Shown here one piece after another: positions 9,849 through 19,825 of a stretch of 64,000 nt of DNA. The stretch is from NCBI GenBank assembly GCA_965242695.1, contig CBDESU010000002.1, forward strand, positions 672,001 through 736,000, given 5' to 3'. This DNA is from Cenarchaeum sp. (GTDB lineage Archaea > Thermoproteota > Nitrososphaeria > Nitrososphaerales > Nitrosopumilaceae). Each line of letters starts with the position of its first letter. The first letter of the stretch is position 1. Below the pieces are notes generated by a model. It was not told the DNA's origin and did not search any database. It worked only from the letters and a program-made list of their open reading frames with translations. A program made the position numbers and the translations under genes.

Positions 9849-10632
9849 CGAGCTGCGGGGGCCCCCGTACTCGGGGCTCGTCGCGTACCCGGGGCGCGCC
9901 GGCGGCCGCGGCGCTGCCCGGCGCGTAGTCGAGCAGCGCCTGGCAGAGATGGAGAGGCTCGGCATTACTGGGGTGTCGTTCGAGGGGCCGACCGAGATAT
10001 GCGGCGTGCGGCTTCTCGGCAGGGGCCACACCGGTATAGTCGTGCTCGCCTCGCGCGGGCGCGGCAGGGCCGCGGCCGCCCTCAAGATGCGGCGCACCGA
10101 CTCGCCGCGCGCTTCCATGGCGCGGGAGGCGCGCCTGCTCGCCGCGGCCAACGAGGCGGGGGCCGGGCCGCTCCTGTTCGGGCACACGCGCAACCTGCTG
10201 GCCATGGAGCACCTCGACGGGACGACGATCGAGCGGTGGATCGGCGGCGGGGTCGAAGAGGCCGAGGCCAAGGCCGTCGCGCGTATGGTCCTCGAGGACT
10301 GCTACCGCCTGGACGAGCGCGGCCTGGACCACGGCGAGCTTAGCAACATAGCGCGGCACGTCGTCGTCGCGCCTAGGCGGCGCGGCGGGCGGGGAAGGGG
10401 CGGCATCGACGCATGCATTGTCGACTTTGAGGGCGCAAGCGACGGCAGGCGCGCTTCCAACGTGACGTCGGCCGCCCAGAGCATGTTCATCGGCTCGGCA
10501 GTGGCTAGGGGAATGGCCAGGGCCTACGCCGTCCCCCCAAGGGACGAGATCATCGGGGCGCTCCGGGCGTACAAGCGCGAGGGGGGGCCGGACAGCTTTG
10601 GCAGGCTGCTCGGCCTGCTCGGCCTGCTATGA
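9823..10632 (+). CDS. Ser/Thr protein kinase-like (RIO-related, COG2112 type)
   Basis: LLGRGHTGIV, ALKMRRTDS, LDHGELS, IVDFE; conserved neighbour of cca. Confidence 0.8.
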   Translation: MRRYFRRADELRGPPYSGLVAYPGRAGGRGAARRVVEQRLAEMERLGITGVSFEGPTEICGVRLLGRGHTGIVVLASRGRGRAAAALKMRRTDSPRASMAREARLLAAANEAGAGPLLFGHTRNLLAMEHLDGTTIERWIGGGVEEAEAKAVARMVLEDCYRLDERGLDHGELSNIARHVVVAPRRRGGRGRGGIDACIVDFEGASDGRRASNVTSAAQSMFIGSAVARGMARAYAVPPRDEIIGALRAYKREGGPDSFGRLLGLLGLL

Positions 10633-11291
10633 AGCGCGCCGGCGGGGGCGGGGCCCCCGAAGAGGAAGGGGCGGCGGGGCGGACCGTAGATGCAGAGGCC
10701 ATCGACCACCTCTGCATGGACCCAAGGCTCGAGGCCGTCATCAGGGAGGTCGGCGAGTACGCAATCGAGCCGCCCGGCGACAGGTACGAGTCGCTCGTCG
10801 AGCTGATCATCACGCAGCAGCTCTCCGGCAAGGCGGCCGGCGCCATCACGGCCCGGCTCAGGGCCGCGTACGGCGGCGCGCTCCCCTCGCCGGCCGACAT
10901 TCTGGCCGCCTCCGACGAGGACCTCAGGGCCACGGGAATGTCGAGGATGAAGGCGTCGTACCTAAGGGACCTGGCCGAGAGGGTCGCATCCGGGCGGCTC
11001 CGGCTCGGCGAGCTCGACGGCCTGTCCGACGAGGAGGCCATCGCGAGGCTCTCCGAGGTCAGGGGGGTCGGCAGGTGGACTGCCGAGATATTCCTGATAT
11101 TCACGATGGGCCGGCTCGACGTGCTGCCCGCCGGCGACCTGTGGTTCAGGAAGGGGATCAAGGAGGCGTACTCGACGCGGCTCATACCAAACGAGGAAGA
11201 GGCGGCGCGCATTGCGGAGCGGTGGAGGCCGTACAGGTCGGTCGCGGCGTGGTACCTGTGGAAGTACCAGCCCGGCTTTGACAAGGTGTGA
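10629..11291 (+). CDS. DNA-3-methyladenine glycosylase II (AlkA/HhH-GPD family)
   Basis: IITQQLSGKAA, VRGVGRWTAE, LPAGD, WRPYRS. Confidence 0.92.
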   Translation: MKRAGGGGAPEEEGAAGRTVDAEAIDHLCMDPRLEAVIREVGEYAIEPPGDRYESLVELIITQQLSGKAAGAITARLRAAYGGALPSPADILAASDEDLRATGMSRMKASYLRDLAERVASGRLRLGELDGLSDEEAIARLSEVRGVGRWTAEIFLIFTMGRLDVLPAGDLWFRKGIKEAYSTRLIPNEEEAARIAERWRPYRSVAAWYLWKYQPGFDKV

Positions 11292-11352
11292 CCGCGCAGG
11301 CGGGAGGGCGTGCCCTAGCAGCTGTTATAGAGAGCCGCGCGGCCCGGGCCGC

Positions 11353-12444
11353 GTGCAGCGGCAGGGGCGCGGCGGAGGCGCAGGGGCTCTGGCAAAAAAG
11401 GAGGCCGGCAGGGGGCGCGGGAACGCAAGGTCTCCGTTCGGCGGCAAGGAGGCCGGCAGGAAGCGCAAGGCATCGCCGGGCGCTGCGGCGGCAAGGGCGG
11501 CGAAGGCCAAGCCGAAGGCCGGGCGCAAGGCATCGCCGGGCGCTGCGGCGGCGAAGGCCAAGCCGAAGGCCGGGCGCAAGGCATCGCCGGGCGCTGCGGC
11601 GGCGAAGGCCAAGCCGAAGGCCGGGCGCAAGGCATCGCCGGGCGCTGCGGCGGCGAAGGCCAAGCCGAAGGCCGGGCGCAAGGCATCGCCGGGCGCTGCG
11701 GCGGCGAAGGCCAAGCCGAAGGCCGGGCGCAAGGCATCGCCGGGCGCAAGGCAGGGCGGGAGACGCGGCGGAAAGGCCCCCGGCAGGACAGCAGGGGCGG
11801 CCGGCAGGGGGCGCAAGCCAAAGCGCCCGGACAGGCTGCCGATCCGCACCGAGATCATCGACCACCTGTGCACCGACCCAAGGCTAGAGGCGGCCGTCCG
11901 AGAGGTCGGCGAGTACGACATCAGGCTCGACTCGGACAAGTACGAGTCGCTCGTGCAGGCGATCATCACGCAGCAGCTCTCCGGCAAGGCGTCCGGCGCC
12001 ATCACGGCCCGGCTCAAGGCAATGTACGGCGGCGCGCTTCCCTCCCCGGCCGACGTCCTGGCCACCTCCGACGAGGACCTCAGGGCGGCCGGCCTGTCTC
12101 GCGGCAAGGTCTCGTACATCAAGGGCATCTCGGAGCTCGTCGAGTCCGGCGGCCTGGACCTGGACTCGCTCGAGAATATGTCCGACGACGACGTCGTTGC
12201 GACGCTCACCGCGGTGAAGGGGATCGGCAGGTGGACGGCCGAGATGTTCCTCATATTCACGCTAGGCCGGCTCGACGTCCTGCCCGTCGGCGACCTGGGC
12301 CTCCGCAAGGGAATCAAGATGGTGTACTCGACCAGGACGCTTCCGACAGCGGCCGAGGCGACGCGCATTGCCGAGCGGTGGAGGCCGTACAGGACCGTCG
12401 CGACCTGGTACCTGTGGAAGTACCAGCACATGCTCGACAGGTGA
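11353..12444 (+). CDS. AlkA-family glycosylase with N-terminal Lys/Ala-rich repeat extension
   Basis: Same HhH-GPD motifs as the upstream paralogue; in-frame GTG at 11353 about 25 nt after a TTATA box; start uncertain. Confidence 0.85.
   Translation: MQRQGRGGGAGALAKKEAGRGRGNARSPFGGKEAGRKRKASPGAAAARAAKAKPKAGRKASPGAAAAKAKPKAGRKASPGAAAAKAKPKAGRKASPGAAAAKAKPKAGRKASPGAAAAKAKPKAGRKASPGARQGGRRGGKAPGRTAGAAGRGRKPKRPDRLPIRTEIIDHLCTDPRLEAAVREVGEYDIRLDSDKYESLVQAIITQQLSGKASGAITARLKAMYGGALPSPADVLATSDEDLRAAGLSRGKVSYIKGISELVESGGLDLDSLENMSDDDVVATLTAVKGIGRWTAEMFLIFTLGRLDVLPVGDLGLRKGIKMVYSTRTLPTAAEATRIAERWRPYRTVATWYLWKYQHMLDR
11461..11751 (+). repeat. 51-bp tandem repeat (4 perfect units 11521-11724 plus flanking partial units) encoding GRKASPGAAAAKAKPKA
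   Basis: Directly visible unit gggcgcaaggcatcgccgggcgctgcggcggcgaaggccaagccgaaggcc. Confidence 0.95.
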
Positions 12445-12476
12445 GCGGGGGCCGCGCCGGCGCGGCGCGCGCAGCC

Positions 12477-13025
12477 CTAGCGGCCGCCGCCGCCCCCGCC
12501 GGAAGCGCGCCCTCCGCCCGCGACGAGGTCGTACAGGCCGTACTTTTGCTGCAGGGCGGCCCGGCGGCGGGCGATGGACGGCCCCTGCGGGGAACCTCCG
12601 CCCTCGTCGCCGGCGCCCGCCATGAGCATGGCTATGTCGTAGCAGTGCAGGCGTAGGCGGAGGCTGTTGATGCGGTCAAGCGGCTTGTGGTGCATTACGT
12701 CGTTTCGCAGCGACAGGATGATTCTCATCTTGTGCTGGAAGACCGGCTTGTCGTGGAACACGGGCCCAAAGACCTCCCGCCAGTTGTCGCGGCGCGCGAT
12801 AATCTTCTCGTACGCGTCGAACCCGAGATAGTCCGCCTCTGCATGGTCCGGCTTGCCGAGGACCCTGTTGAGGGTCCTTGTCGACGCATGCCGCGCGGCG
12901 GCGCTCTGCCTCAGGGCTGCCGGCACGCGCGACTCCCACCAGTCGCCGTGGGCCGCGGAGAGCCGGGCTACTACGAACTCCCTGATCGACTTTTCAAACC
13001 GCGCGACCACCGCCGCATCGTCCAT
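12477..13025 (-). CDS. Swt1-like HEPN domain protein
   Basis: FEKSIREFV...DWW...NWREVFGPVF...LRNDVMH (RxxxxH). Confidence 0.7.
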   Translation of the reverse strand: MDDAAVVARFEKSIREFVVARLSAAHGDWWESRVPAALRQSAAARHASTRTLNRVLGKPDHAEADYLGFDAYEKIIARRDNWREVFGPVFHDKPVFQHKMRIILSLRNDVMHHKPLDRINSLRLRLHCYDIAMLMAGAGDEGGGSPQGPSIARRRAALQQKYGLYDLVAGGGRASGGGGGGR

Positions 13026-13224
13026 GCGGCGGCGGAGGACGGCCGGCCTTTAAGTGCACAATGGAGGCGCGGGAGGCGTATCCCGGGAGCGCCGGCACGG
13101 GGGCCGCAGGGGCGGGCAGGGGGCCGCAGGGGCGGGCAGGGGGCCAGGGCAGCCCCGAACGGGCGGGCCCGAAGAGCGGGTGCCGGGTTTCGTCCCCGGC
13201 AGGCAGCCGCTGCCGCTACTGCGA

Positions 13225-13314
13225 CTAGCGGCCGTCCGCGCCGCCGTCCTCGTCGGCCGACTCTCTGACCTTTTTCATGACGCAGTATTTCTTGAGGCGG
13301 TTGCGTAGTCCCAT
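13225..13314 (-). CDS. Putative small basic protein (29 aa)
   Basis: MGLRNRLKKYCVMKKVRESADEDGGADGR with a TTATAT box about 24 nt upstream. Confidence 0.35.
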   Translation of the reverse strand: MGLRNRLKKYCVMKKVRESADEDGGADGR

Positions 13315-13375
13315 GCGGCCCGGCGGCGGCGGCCCGATATAAGCGTATTCGGCCCCCGCGGACGGCTGTTGATAA

Positions 13376-13453
13376 TGGTGGGACCGGCAGGATTTGAACC
13401 TGCGACCTCTAGCACCCCAGGCTAGCATCATAACCAAGCTAGACGACGGCCCC
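13376..13453 (-). tRNA. tRNA-Pro (anticodon GGG), CCA encoded, no intron
   Basis: Reverse complement GGGGCCGTCGTCTAGCTTGGTTATGATGCTAGCCTGGGGTGCTAGAGGTCGCAGGTTCAAATCCTGCCGGTCCCACCA folds as a cloverleaf; TTTAATAA box upstream. Confidence 0.95.
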
Positions 13454-13506
13454 GCGGACGGGGCAAACCGGGGCAAATTATTAAACCGTTAGGTTGGCGG
13501 CTGCGC

Positions 13507-13800
13507 ATGGACGGCGGCGGAGGCGGCATCGCAACGTGCTCGGTATGCGGCAGGATATCGGCGTCCGGCGGCGACCACCTGGACTGCGCCGAGATGCGGC
13601 GCGCCAGGCTCGAGGACGAAAGGATCGGGGCGGCCGCGCGCAACGAGCTGTTTGGCCCGGACGGCGGAAGCCGTGCAGACGGGGCGGATCTTGCCGTCGA
13701 GATGCGGGCCGTGCTGGACCACATCGGCGGCGGCGAAGGCGGGGCAGGCGCGGGGCAGGCGCCTGCGCGGCGCCCTAGCGCTCCTGAACGGTCGGCCTGA
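13507..13800 (+). CDS. Small hypothetical protein with CxxC...HxxC motif
   Basis: CSVCGR...DHLDC; AT-rich box at about 13477-13486 shared with the divergent tRNA. Confidence 0.5.
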   Translation: MDGGGGGIATCSVCGRISASGGDHLDCAEMRRARLEDERIGAAARNELFGPDGGSRADGADLAVEMRAVLDHIGGGEGGAGAGQAPARRPSAPERSA

Positions 13801-14515
13801 CGAGGACCTCGTTGACGCTTACGTGGTCGGGCTGCTCGACTGCGTACAGGACGGCGCGCGCAATGTCGTCTGCCTGCAGGGCGGCCATCTTCTTGGCCCC
13901 CTCCACAAACGCATGGAGCGACTCGTCCGTGATCGTGTCGGTCAGGTCGGTGGCGACCACGCCGGGCTCGATCGACGTGACCCTGACCCCTGAGCGCGCG
14001 CTCAGCTCTTGGCGCAGGCCCTCGGTAAAGGCGGTGACCGCGTGCTTGGTCGCGCAGTACACGCTGCCGGCCGGAAAGACGATCCTGCCGGCGACCGACG
14101 ACATGTTGACGATGTGGCCCGAGCCGCGCTCGCGCATGTGCCCGACGACGGCGGCCGTGCAGTGCAGCACCCCCTTTACGTTGACGTCGATCATCCTGTC
14201 CCACTCGTCCACCTTGAGGTTCTTGACAAAGCTCAGCGGCATGATGCCGGCGTTGTTGACCAGTATGTCGATGCGGCCCCACTTGTCGAGCGCCGCGGCC
14301 GCAAAGGCGTCGCACTGGGCCCTGTCGGCCACGTCGAGCCTGCACGCGATGGCCTCGCCGCCTGCCGACTCGATCTCGGACACGAGGGACTCTAGGAGGT
14401 CGGTGCGCCGCGCCCCGGCGGCCACCCTTGCGCCGGCGCGCGCCAGGGACGCGGCCGTGGCCCTGCCGATGCCGCCGCTTGCACCCGTCACAAGGGCAAC
14501 CTTGCCTTCCAGCAC
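13775..14515 (-). CDS. Short-chain dehydrogenase/reductase
   Basis: TGASGGIG, NNAG, YCATK. Confidence 0.93.
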   Translation of the reverse strand: MLEGKVALVTGASGGIGRATAASLARAGARVAAGARRTDLLESLVSEIESAGGEAIACRLDVADRAQCDAFAAAALDKWGRIDILVNNAGIMPLSFVKNLKVDEWDRMIDVNVKGVLHCTAAVVGHMRERGSGHIVNMSSVAGRIVFPAGSVYCATKHAVTAFTEGLRQELSARSGVRVTSIEPGVVATDLTDTITDESLHAFVEGAKKMAALQADDIARAVLYAVEQPDHVSVNEVLVRPTVQER

Positions 14516-14606
14516 GGCGCGGCCCCCCGCCGGCCGTGTAAAAACCCTCCGGGCCGGCCCCTGGCCTCCCAACCTTTTATTATACGACCCTTCCTAACGG
14601 AGGGCC

Positions 14607-14831
14607 GTGAAGACCGAAAAGTGCGCCTACTGCGGCGACATGACGGACATGCCGTTTGAGTGCAGCTATTGCAGGGATCCGTTCTGCGCCGAGCACCGGC
14701 TTCCCGAGGAGCACCGGTGCGTAAAGCTCACCCAGATCAGGTCCAGCAAGTTCGGGCAGAGGGGCGTCATCAGGGACGGCAACAGGGGCAGGCCCAGCCT
14801 GCTGCGGAGAATGTTCGGGCGGGGCGGCTGA
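14607..14831 (+). CDS. AN1-type zinc finger protein
   Basis: CAYC...PFECSYCRDPFCAEHRLPEEHRC. Confidence 0.88.
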   Translation: MKTEKCAYCGDMTDMPFECSYCRDPFCAEHRLPEEHRCVKLTQIRSSKFGQRGVIRDGNRGRPSLLRRMFGRGG

Positions 14832-14852
14832 GCCGGGGGCCGGACAGGGCCG

Positions 14853-15128
14853 TCAGTACTCCTGCTTGGAGGGGTCCAGCCAGACGCGCCGGGCCTGGTA
14901 GAAGAGGGCCGCCGCCAGGGCAAGCAGCACTATGGACGTGAGCCAGTGCGCCGTAATCATGGTCACGTACGCGACGGCAAAGCCTGCCGAGGCGAGGCCC
15001 TGCGCGAAGAGCTTTGCCCACGACGGGAACCGGATGATCCTGTACGCCACCTCGACGGCGAGCAGGCCCGCCGCGGGGTACACCGTGAGCAGCAGAAAGT
15101 CGATGACATCTACGTCAAGATGCGACAT
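14853..15128 (-). CDS. Small membrane protein (3 TM)
   Basis: Hydrophobic ORF with genome-typical codon usage. Confidence 0.65.
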   Translation of the reverse strand: MSHLDVDVIDFLLLTVYPAAGLLAVEVAYRIIRFPSWAKLFAQGLASAGFAVAYVTMITAHWLTSIVLLALAAALFYQARRVWLDPSKQEY

Positions 15129-15155
15129 GCAGGCGCGCCTCCCTGTACGGCCCCG

Positions 15156-15857
15156 CTAGCCGCGGTCCGTGCCGACCCGCGCGGCCGCCCCCTGCGAGAC
15201 GAGGGCCGCCGCATTCTCGAGCGGAATGGTCGCCACGTCCTCCGCCGAGTACGGGCCGTACCGCGCCATGTCGGCGCCGGTCATCTCGTCGACCGGCTTG
15301 AGCATCCTGACCATGACCAGCCCCGTCCTGTGCGCGGCCGTGACGGACTCGAGGAGCCGCGGGCGGCCCGAGACAATGCCGTCAAGGACAAGCGAGCGCC
15401 TCTCGTCCATGTCCGTGCCGGGGTAGAGGATGTACTTTTCCTCGTCGAGCAGGTTGCCGGGGCCGGGGGGCGGGGCGGGACCCTGGGGGGGCGGGGCGTC
15501 CTGCTCGCCCGCCAGAGCGCCGTCGGGGGGCGAAAAGTCGGCGGGCGGGCCGGGGGCGGGGGCCTCTTCGCCGGCCGGGGGCGGGGCGCCCCGGCGCGGA
15601 CGGCCGCGCCGGCCGGCCGCCTTCTCTAGGCGCATCTCGAGCAGCAGCGAGAGCATGAGCGTGGCCCTGGACGTGACGGCCCTCTTCACGGCCGCCTCTG
15701 CGCCGTCGTACCGCTCGTGCTTGAGGCGGCCGAGGTACTCGGACGCGGCCCTGTAGAAGTCGGGGTCCATCTCCTGTATGACGTCGTCGCGCGCCTCGCG
15801 CAGCGCCGCCTCGTAGAGCATGCCCAGGCTGACATCGGTCGTCTCCACGGCCGCCAA
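15156..15857 (-). CDS. GINS complex subunit (Gins15-like)
   Basis: QEMDPDFY...NLLDEEKYI...VRMLKPVDEMTGADMARYGPYSAEDVATIPLENA. Confidence 0.8.
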   Translation of the reverse strand: MAAVETTDVSLGMLYEAALREARDDVIQEMDPDFYRAASEYLGRLKHERYDGAEAAVKRAVTSRATLMLSLLLEMRLEKAAGRRGRPRRGAPPPAGEEAPAPGPPADFSPPDGALAGEQDAPPPQGPAPPPGPGNLLDEEKYILYPGTDMDERRSLVLDGIVSGRPRLLESVTAAHRTGLVMVRMLKPVDEMTGADMARYGPYSAEDVATIPLENAAALVSQGAAARVGTDRG

Positions 15858-15894
15858 TCCTTAAATCCTAGGTATTTATCTTGCCGCCGTATAG

Positions 15895-17355
15895 TTGCCA
15901 TACAGGGTAAGCCACGGGAAGGCGCTAGAGCTGCGCTACTCGGCAGATGAGGTCTTCTCCAAGATACAGCACGAGGGCATAAAGTTCGTCGACCTCCAGT
16001 TCACGGGGCTGACCGGCCGGTTCCACCACACGACCATCTCGGCCGACACGTTCACGCCCGAGCAGATGACCGACGGCCTGCCAAAGCTCGACGGCTCGTC
16101 GATCGTCGGCTTTACGAACATCGACGACTCGGACCTGGTCCTCAAGCCGGACCCGAACACGTTCGCCGTCGTCCCCTGGTACTCGGAGAACAAGACGGCC
16201 AGGCTCCTGTGCGACGTGTACTGGGGCGCCGGCAGGGGCAGGCTCAACCGCGACCCGAGGGGCATAGCGCAAAAGGCCGAAGAGTCCGTCAAGGCCGCCG
16301 GGTTCGACTTTAGCGCGTGGGGCCCCGAGGTCGAGTTCTTCGTCTTCGACAAGGTCCACTGGGACGTCCTGACGCCGTACAAGGGGCAGTCGTACTCGAT
16401 CGAGTCCGAGGAGGCGCCGTGGAGCCAGGAGGGGACGGGGTACCCCATGGGCCTGCAGGAGGGGTACTATCCGAGCACGCCGTCGGACACGCTCACGCCG
16501 TTCCGCAACGAGTGCGTCAACGTCCTCAACGAGTCCTTTGGCATACTGTGCGACAACCACCACCACGAGGTGGCCACCGCCGGCCAGTGCGAGATAGACA
16601 TCAGGTACGACTACCTCACCAACGCGGCCGACGCGACGCAGTCGTACAAGTTCGTCATACGGAACATCGCCAAGAAGTACGGCAAGATCGCCACGATGAT
16701 GCCAAAGCCGATCTCGATGGACTCTGGCTCTGGGATGCACACCAACGTGAGCCTGTGGAAGAAGAAGAAGAACATCTTCTTCGACCCCGAGGGCGACATG
16801 GAGCTGAGCCAGACCGGCAGGTACTTTTGCGGCGGCATCCTGTCGCACGCAAAGGCGCTGTGCGCGATAACCAACCCGACGACAAACTCGTACCACAGGC
16901 TCGTCCCCGGCTACGAGGCGCCCGTGTACGTGGCGTGGAGCGGCAGCAACCGCTCGGCCATAGTCAGGGTGCCCCGGCACTTCAAGGGCGAGGGGTACGC
17001 GGCGCTCAAGCGCCTCGAGTTCAGGGCGCCGGACCCGTCGGCCAACCCGTACCTGGTGTTCTCGTCGGTGCTGGCAGCGGGGCTCGACGGCGTCAAGAGG
17101 AAGGTCGACCCCGGAGACCAGGTCAAGGAGGACATATTCAAGATGACAAAGTCCGAGAGGTCAAAGAGGAACATCGGCGTCCTGCCGGCCAACCTGGGCG
17201 AGGCCCTCGATGCGCTGGAGAGCGACCGCAAGTTCCTCGCGTCCATATTCCCGGACGACGTCGTCGACAAGCTCATCGAGCTCGAGCGGCGCGACCAGCG
17301 CGAGATCTCGATCAGGCCCCACCCGCACGAGTTCTACCTGTACTTTGACGTGTAG
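15895..17355 (+). CDS. glnA: Glutamine synthetase type I
   Basis: DGSSI, GPEVEFF, HHEVATAGQCE, GSGMH, RLVPGYEAP, NRSA, RLEFRAPD. Confidence 0.97.
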   Translation: MPYRVSHGKALELRYSADEVFSKIQHEGIKFVDLQFTGLTGRFHHTTISADTFTPEQMTDGLPKLDGSSIVGFTNIDDSDLVLKPDPNTFAVVPWYSENKTARLLCDVYWGAGRGRLNRDPRGIAQKAEESVKAAGFDFSAWGPEVEFFVFDKVHWDVLTPYKGQSYSIESEEAPWSQEGTGYPMGLQEGYYPSTPSDTLTPFRNECVNVLNESFGILCDNHHHEVATAGQCEIDIRYDYLTNAADATQSYKFVIRNIAKKYGKIATMMPKPISMDSGSGMHTNVSLWKKKKNIFFDPEGDMELSQTGRYFCGGILSHAKALCAITNPTTNSYHRLVPGYEAPVYVAWSGSNRSAIVRVPRHFKGEGYAALKRLEFRAPDPSANPYLVFSSVLAAGLDGVKRKVDPGDQVKEDIFKMTKSERSKRNIGVLPANLGEALDALESDRKFLASIFPDDVVDKLIELERRDQREISIRPHPHEFYLYFDV

Positions 17356-17688
17356 TCGGCGGCGGCGGCCGCCGGGCGGCGGGGGCATTAGTGCGCCTGC
17401 GATACGGCCCGCCCTGCGGCGGCCCAGAGTCCTCGGGGCGTCCCAGCGAGAGTAGGCCCAAGTCTTGGGGCGCTGCGAGCGCCGTGCTGCCTGCCGGCAA
17501 GGCTCGGCAGGGCGGCGCGCGGCCGCGCTTAGCCCCGTCGCGCCTGCGGGCCGGTCCGCGGCGGCCGCCGCATTGCGCGGGTTGGCGGCTTTGGCGCGGC
17601 GGCGGCCGGGTGCGGCCTAGATGACGGTTGTTAGGGACAGGGCGGCCGAGTTGGGGTAGTCCGGCGCCGGCGGGCGGCCGGGTGCGGC

Positions 17689-17985
17689 CTAGATGACGGC
17701 CCCGAAGCGGTTGGTCAGGAGCAGGATCAGGAACAGCGAGGCGGCGAGCAGCCCGAACCCCGCCCCCATGTACACGCCCCTGCGCTCGTTGAGCGTTACG
17801 CCCTTGTAGACCAGGATTGCGCCGGCGAGCCCCAGCGACAGGACCAGCGTGCCGGCCACCACCCCCTCAAAGCTCGCCCCCGTGATCACGGGGTAGAAGA
17901 ACCCCGACAGGAGGACAAAGAGGACCGCCAGATAGACGTACTTGCCGCCGCCGATGAGCTTTGAGGCAATCTGTTCCGTGTTCAT
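17689..17985 (-). CDS. Small membrane protein
   Basis: Three hydrophobic segments. Confidence 0.65.
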   Translation of the reverse strand: MNTEQIASKLIGGGKYVYLAVLFVLLSGFFYPVITGASFEGVVAGTLVLSLGLAGAILVYKGVTLNERRGVYMGAGFGLLAASLFLILLLTNRFGAVI

Positions 17986-18048
17986 TAGAGTCCCCCCGGC
18001 GAGCCGGCTAGCAAACGTGGGATGGTAAAGGGTGTCATGCGCGGGCGC

Positions 18049-19755
18049 TCACATGTCCATGTCGCCCATGCCACCCATTCCGCCCATGCCGCCGCCCATG
18101 CCACCCATTCCGCCCATGCCGCCTCCGGGCCCGCCCCCTTCGCCTCCAGGGGGGCCCGACGACTTGGCGGTGGCCACGACATCGTCGATCCTAAGTATCA
18201 TGCAGGCCGCCTCCGCCGCGGCCGAGACGATCTGCGTCTTTACCGCGAGCGGCTCGATAATGTCGCTCGTCTTCATGTTGGCCGTCTTCGCCTTCATGAC
18301 GTCGATGCCGGTCCACTTTTCGCCCTTTAGCTGCCTTGACCGCAGGGCCGTAATGGTGTCGATTGGATCCATGCCGGCGTTCTCGGCCAGCGTGAGGGGT
18401 ATGGACTCTAGCGAGTCGGCAAACTTTTCGGCCGCCAGCTGCTCGCGGCCGACCAGCGACTTTGACCACGCGCGTATCTTGGACGCCGCGTACGTCTCGG
18501 GCGCGCCGCCGCCTGCCACCACGGACGGCATCTCCATGACGTCCTTTACGACCATGATGGCGTCGTGGACGGACCGCTCGACCTCGTCGACCACGCGCTG
18601 CGAGCCGCCGCGCAGCAGGAGCGTCACCGACTTGGGGTGGCGGCAGCCCTCGACGAACACCCAGCGATCCTCCTCGATCTTGCGCTCCTCGACGGTCTCG
18701 GCCGAGCCCAGATCCCTCTCGTAGAGGTCGTCGATGTTGGTTACAATGCGCGCATCCGTGGCGCGGGCCAGCTTTGTCAGGTCGCTCTCCTTTATCCGCC
18801 TGACGGCCAGCACGCCGGCCTTGGAGAGATAGTGCTGGGCCATGTCGTCGATTCCCTTTTGGCACAGCACCACGTTGGCCCCCGCGCCGATCAGCTTGTC
18901 GACCATCTCCTTGAGGATGCGGTTCTCCTCGTCCAGGAACGACTTGAGCTGCTGCGGGTTCGAGATGTTGATCTTTGCGTCCGTCTCGGTCTTGCTGATC
19001 TCGAGCGCCGCGTTGACGAGGGCAATCTTGGCCCCGGACACCTTCTTGGGCATCCCGCCGTGGACGACTTCCTTGTCCAGGACAATCCCCTTGACGAGGC
19101 GCGAGTCCTTGATCGAGCCGCCCGGCTTTTTCTCGACCTTTATGTCGTCGTCGTCGACCTCGTACGTGTCGCCGTCCCTCTCGGCGACGGCAGAGACGGA
19201 CTGGACGACCAAGTCGGACAGGGCATCCGAGTCCTTGCGGACGAGCTTTGTCTGCAGCGACGTCTTTGCCACCTTTGAGAGCATGGCCTGGTCGCCGGCC
19301 GAGACGGCATCGGCGATCTCCCTGAGGTAGCTCTCGGCCATGCGGGCCGCCTTGCGGTAGCCGTCGACGATGATGGTCGGGTGAACGTCCTGCGTGATGA
19401 GCGACTCGGCGTTCTCCAGCAGGGAGCCCGCCAGCACGACCGCCGAGGTCGTCCCGTCGCCGACCTCGTTGTCCGTCGTCTTTGATATCTCGACGAGCAT
19501 CTTGGCCGCAGGGTGCTGCACGTCGATCTCCTTGAGGATCGTCGCGCCGTCGTTGGTGATCGTGACGTCGCCGAGCGAGTCGACGAGCATCTTGTCCATG
19601 CCGCGCGGGCCTAGGCTGGAGTGGACGATCTCGGCGACGACCTTCGAGGCGGCGATGTTGTTCTTCTGGGCGTCGCGGCCCTTGGTCTCGGTCGAGCCCT
19701 CCTTGAGTAGGACTACGGGCATGGTTCCCTTTGACGAGGCCTGTACGTGGCTCAC
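18049..19755 (-). CDS. ths: Thermosome (group II chaperonin) subunit, canonical
   Basis: [32 protein letters not shown] tail. Confidence 0.97.
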   Translation of the reverse strand: MSHVQASSKGTMPVVLLKEGSTETKGRDAQKNNIAASKVVAEIVHSSLGPRGMDKMLVDSLGDVTITNDGATILKEIDVQHPAAKMLVEISKTTDNEVGDGTTSAVVLAGSLLENAESLITQDVHPTIIVDGYRKAARMAESYLREIADAVSAGDQAMLSKVAKTSLQTKLVRKDSDALSDLVVQSVSAVAERDGDTYEVDDDDIKVEKKPGGSIKDSRLVKGIVLDKEVVHGGMPKKVSGAKIALVNAALEISKTETDAKINISNPQQLKSFLDEENRILKEMVDKLIGAGANVVLCQKGIDDMAQHYLSKAGVLAVRRIKESDLTKLARATDARIVTNIDDLYERDLGSAETVEERKIEEDRWVFVEGCRHPKSVTLLLRGGSQRVVDEVERSVHDAIMVVKDVMEMPSVVAGGGAPETYAASKIRAWSKSLVGREQLAAEKFADSLESIPLTLAENAGMDPIDTITALRSRQLKGEKWTGIDVMKAKTANMKTSDIIEPLAVKTQIVSAAAEAACMILRIDDVVATAKSSGPPGGEGGGPGGGMGGMGGMGGGMGGMGGMGDMDM

Positions 19756-19825
19756 GGGCGGGCCGCTTTCGGGGCCACATATAAGGTATCCGAATTGCGC
19801 AATTTCGGGCCGTCGGGGCGGTTCG

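Noticed and set aside
11461-11751. CRISPR-like array
   Set aside because: Units are contiguous and identical with no unique spacers, length is a multiple of 3 and in frame, and there are no cas genes
13376-13453. Integrated element at tRNA-Pro
   Set aside because: No integrase and no duplicated tRNA 3' end noticed in the window
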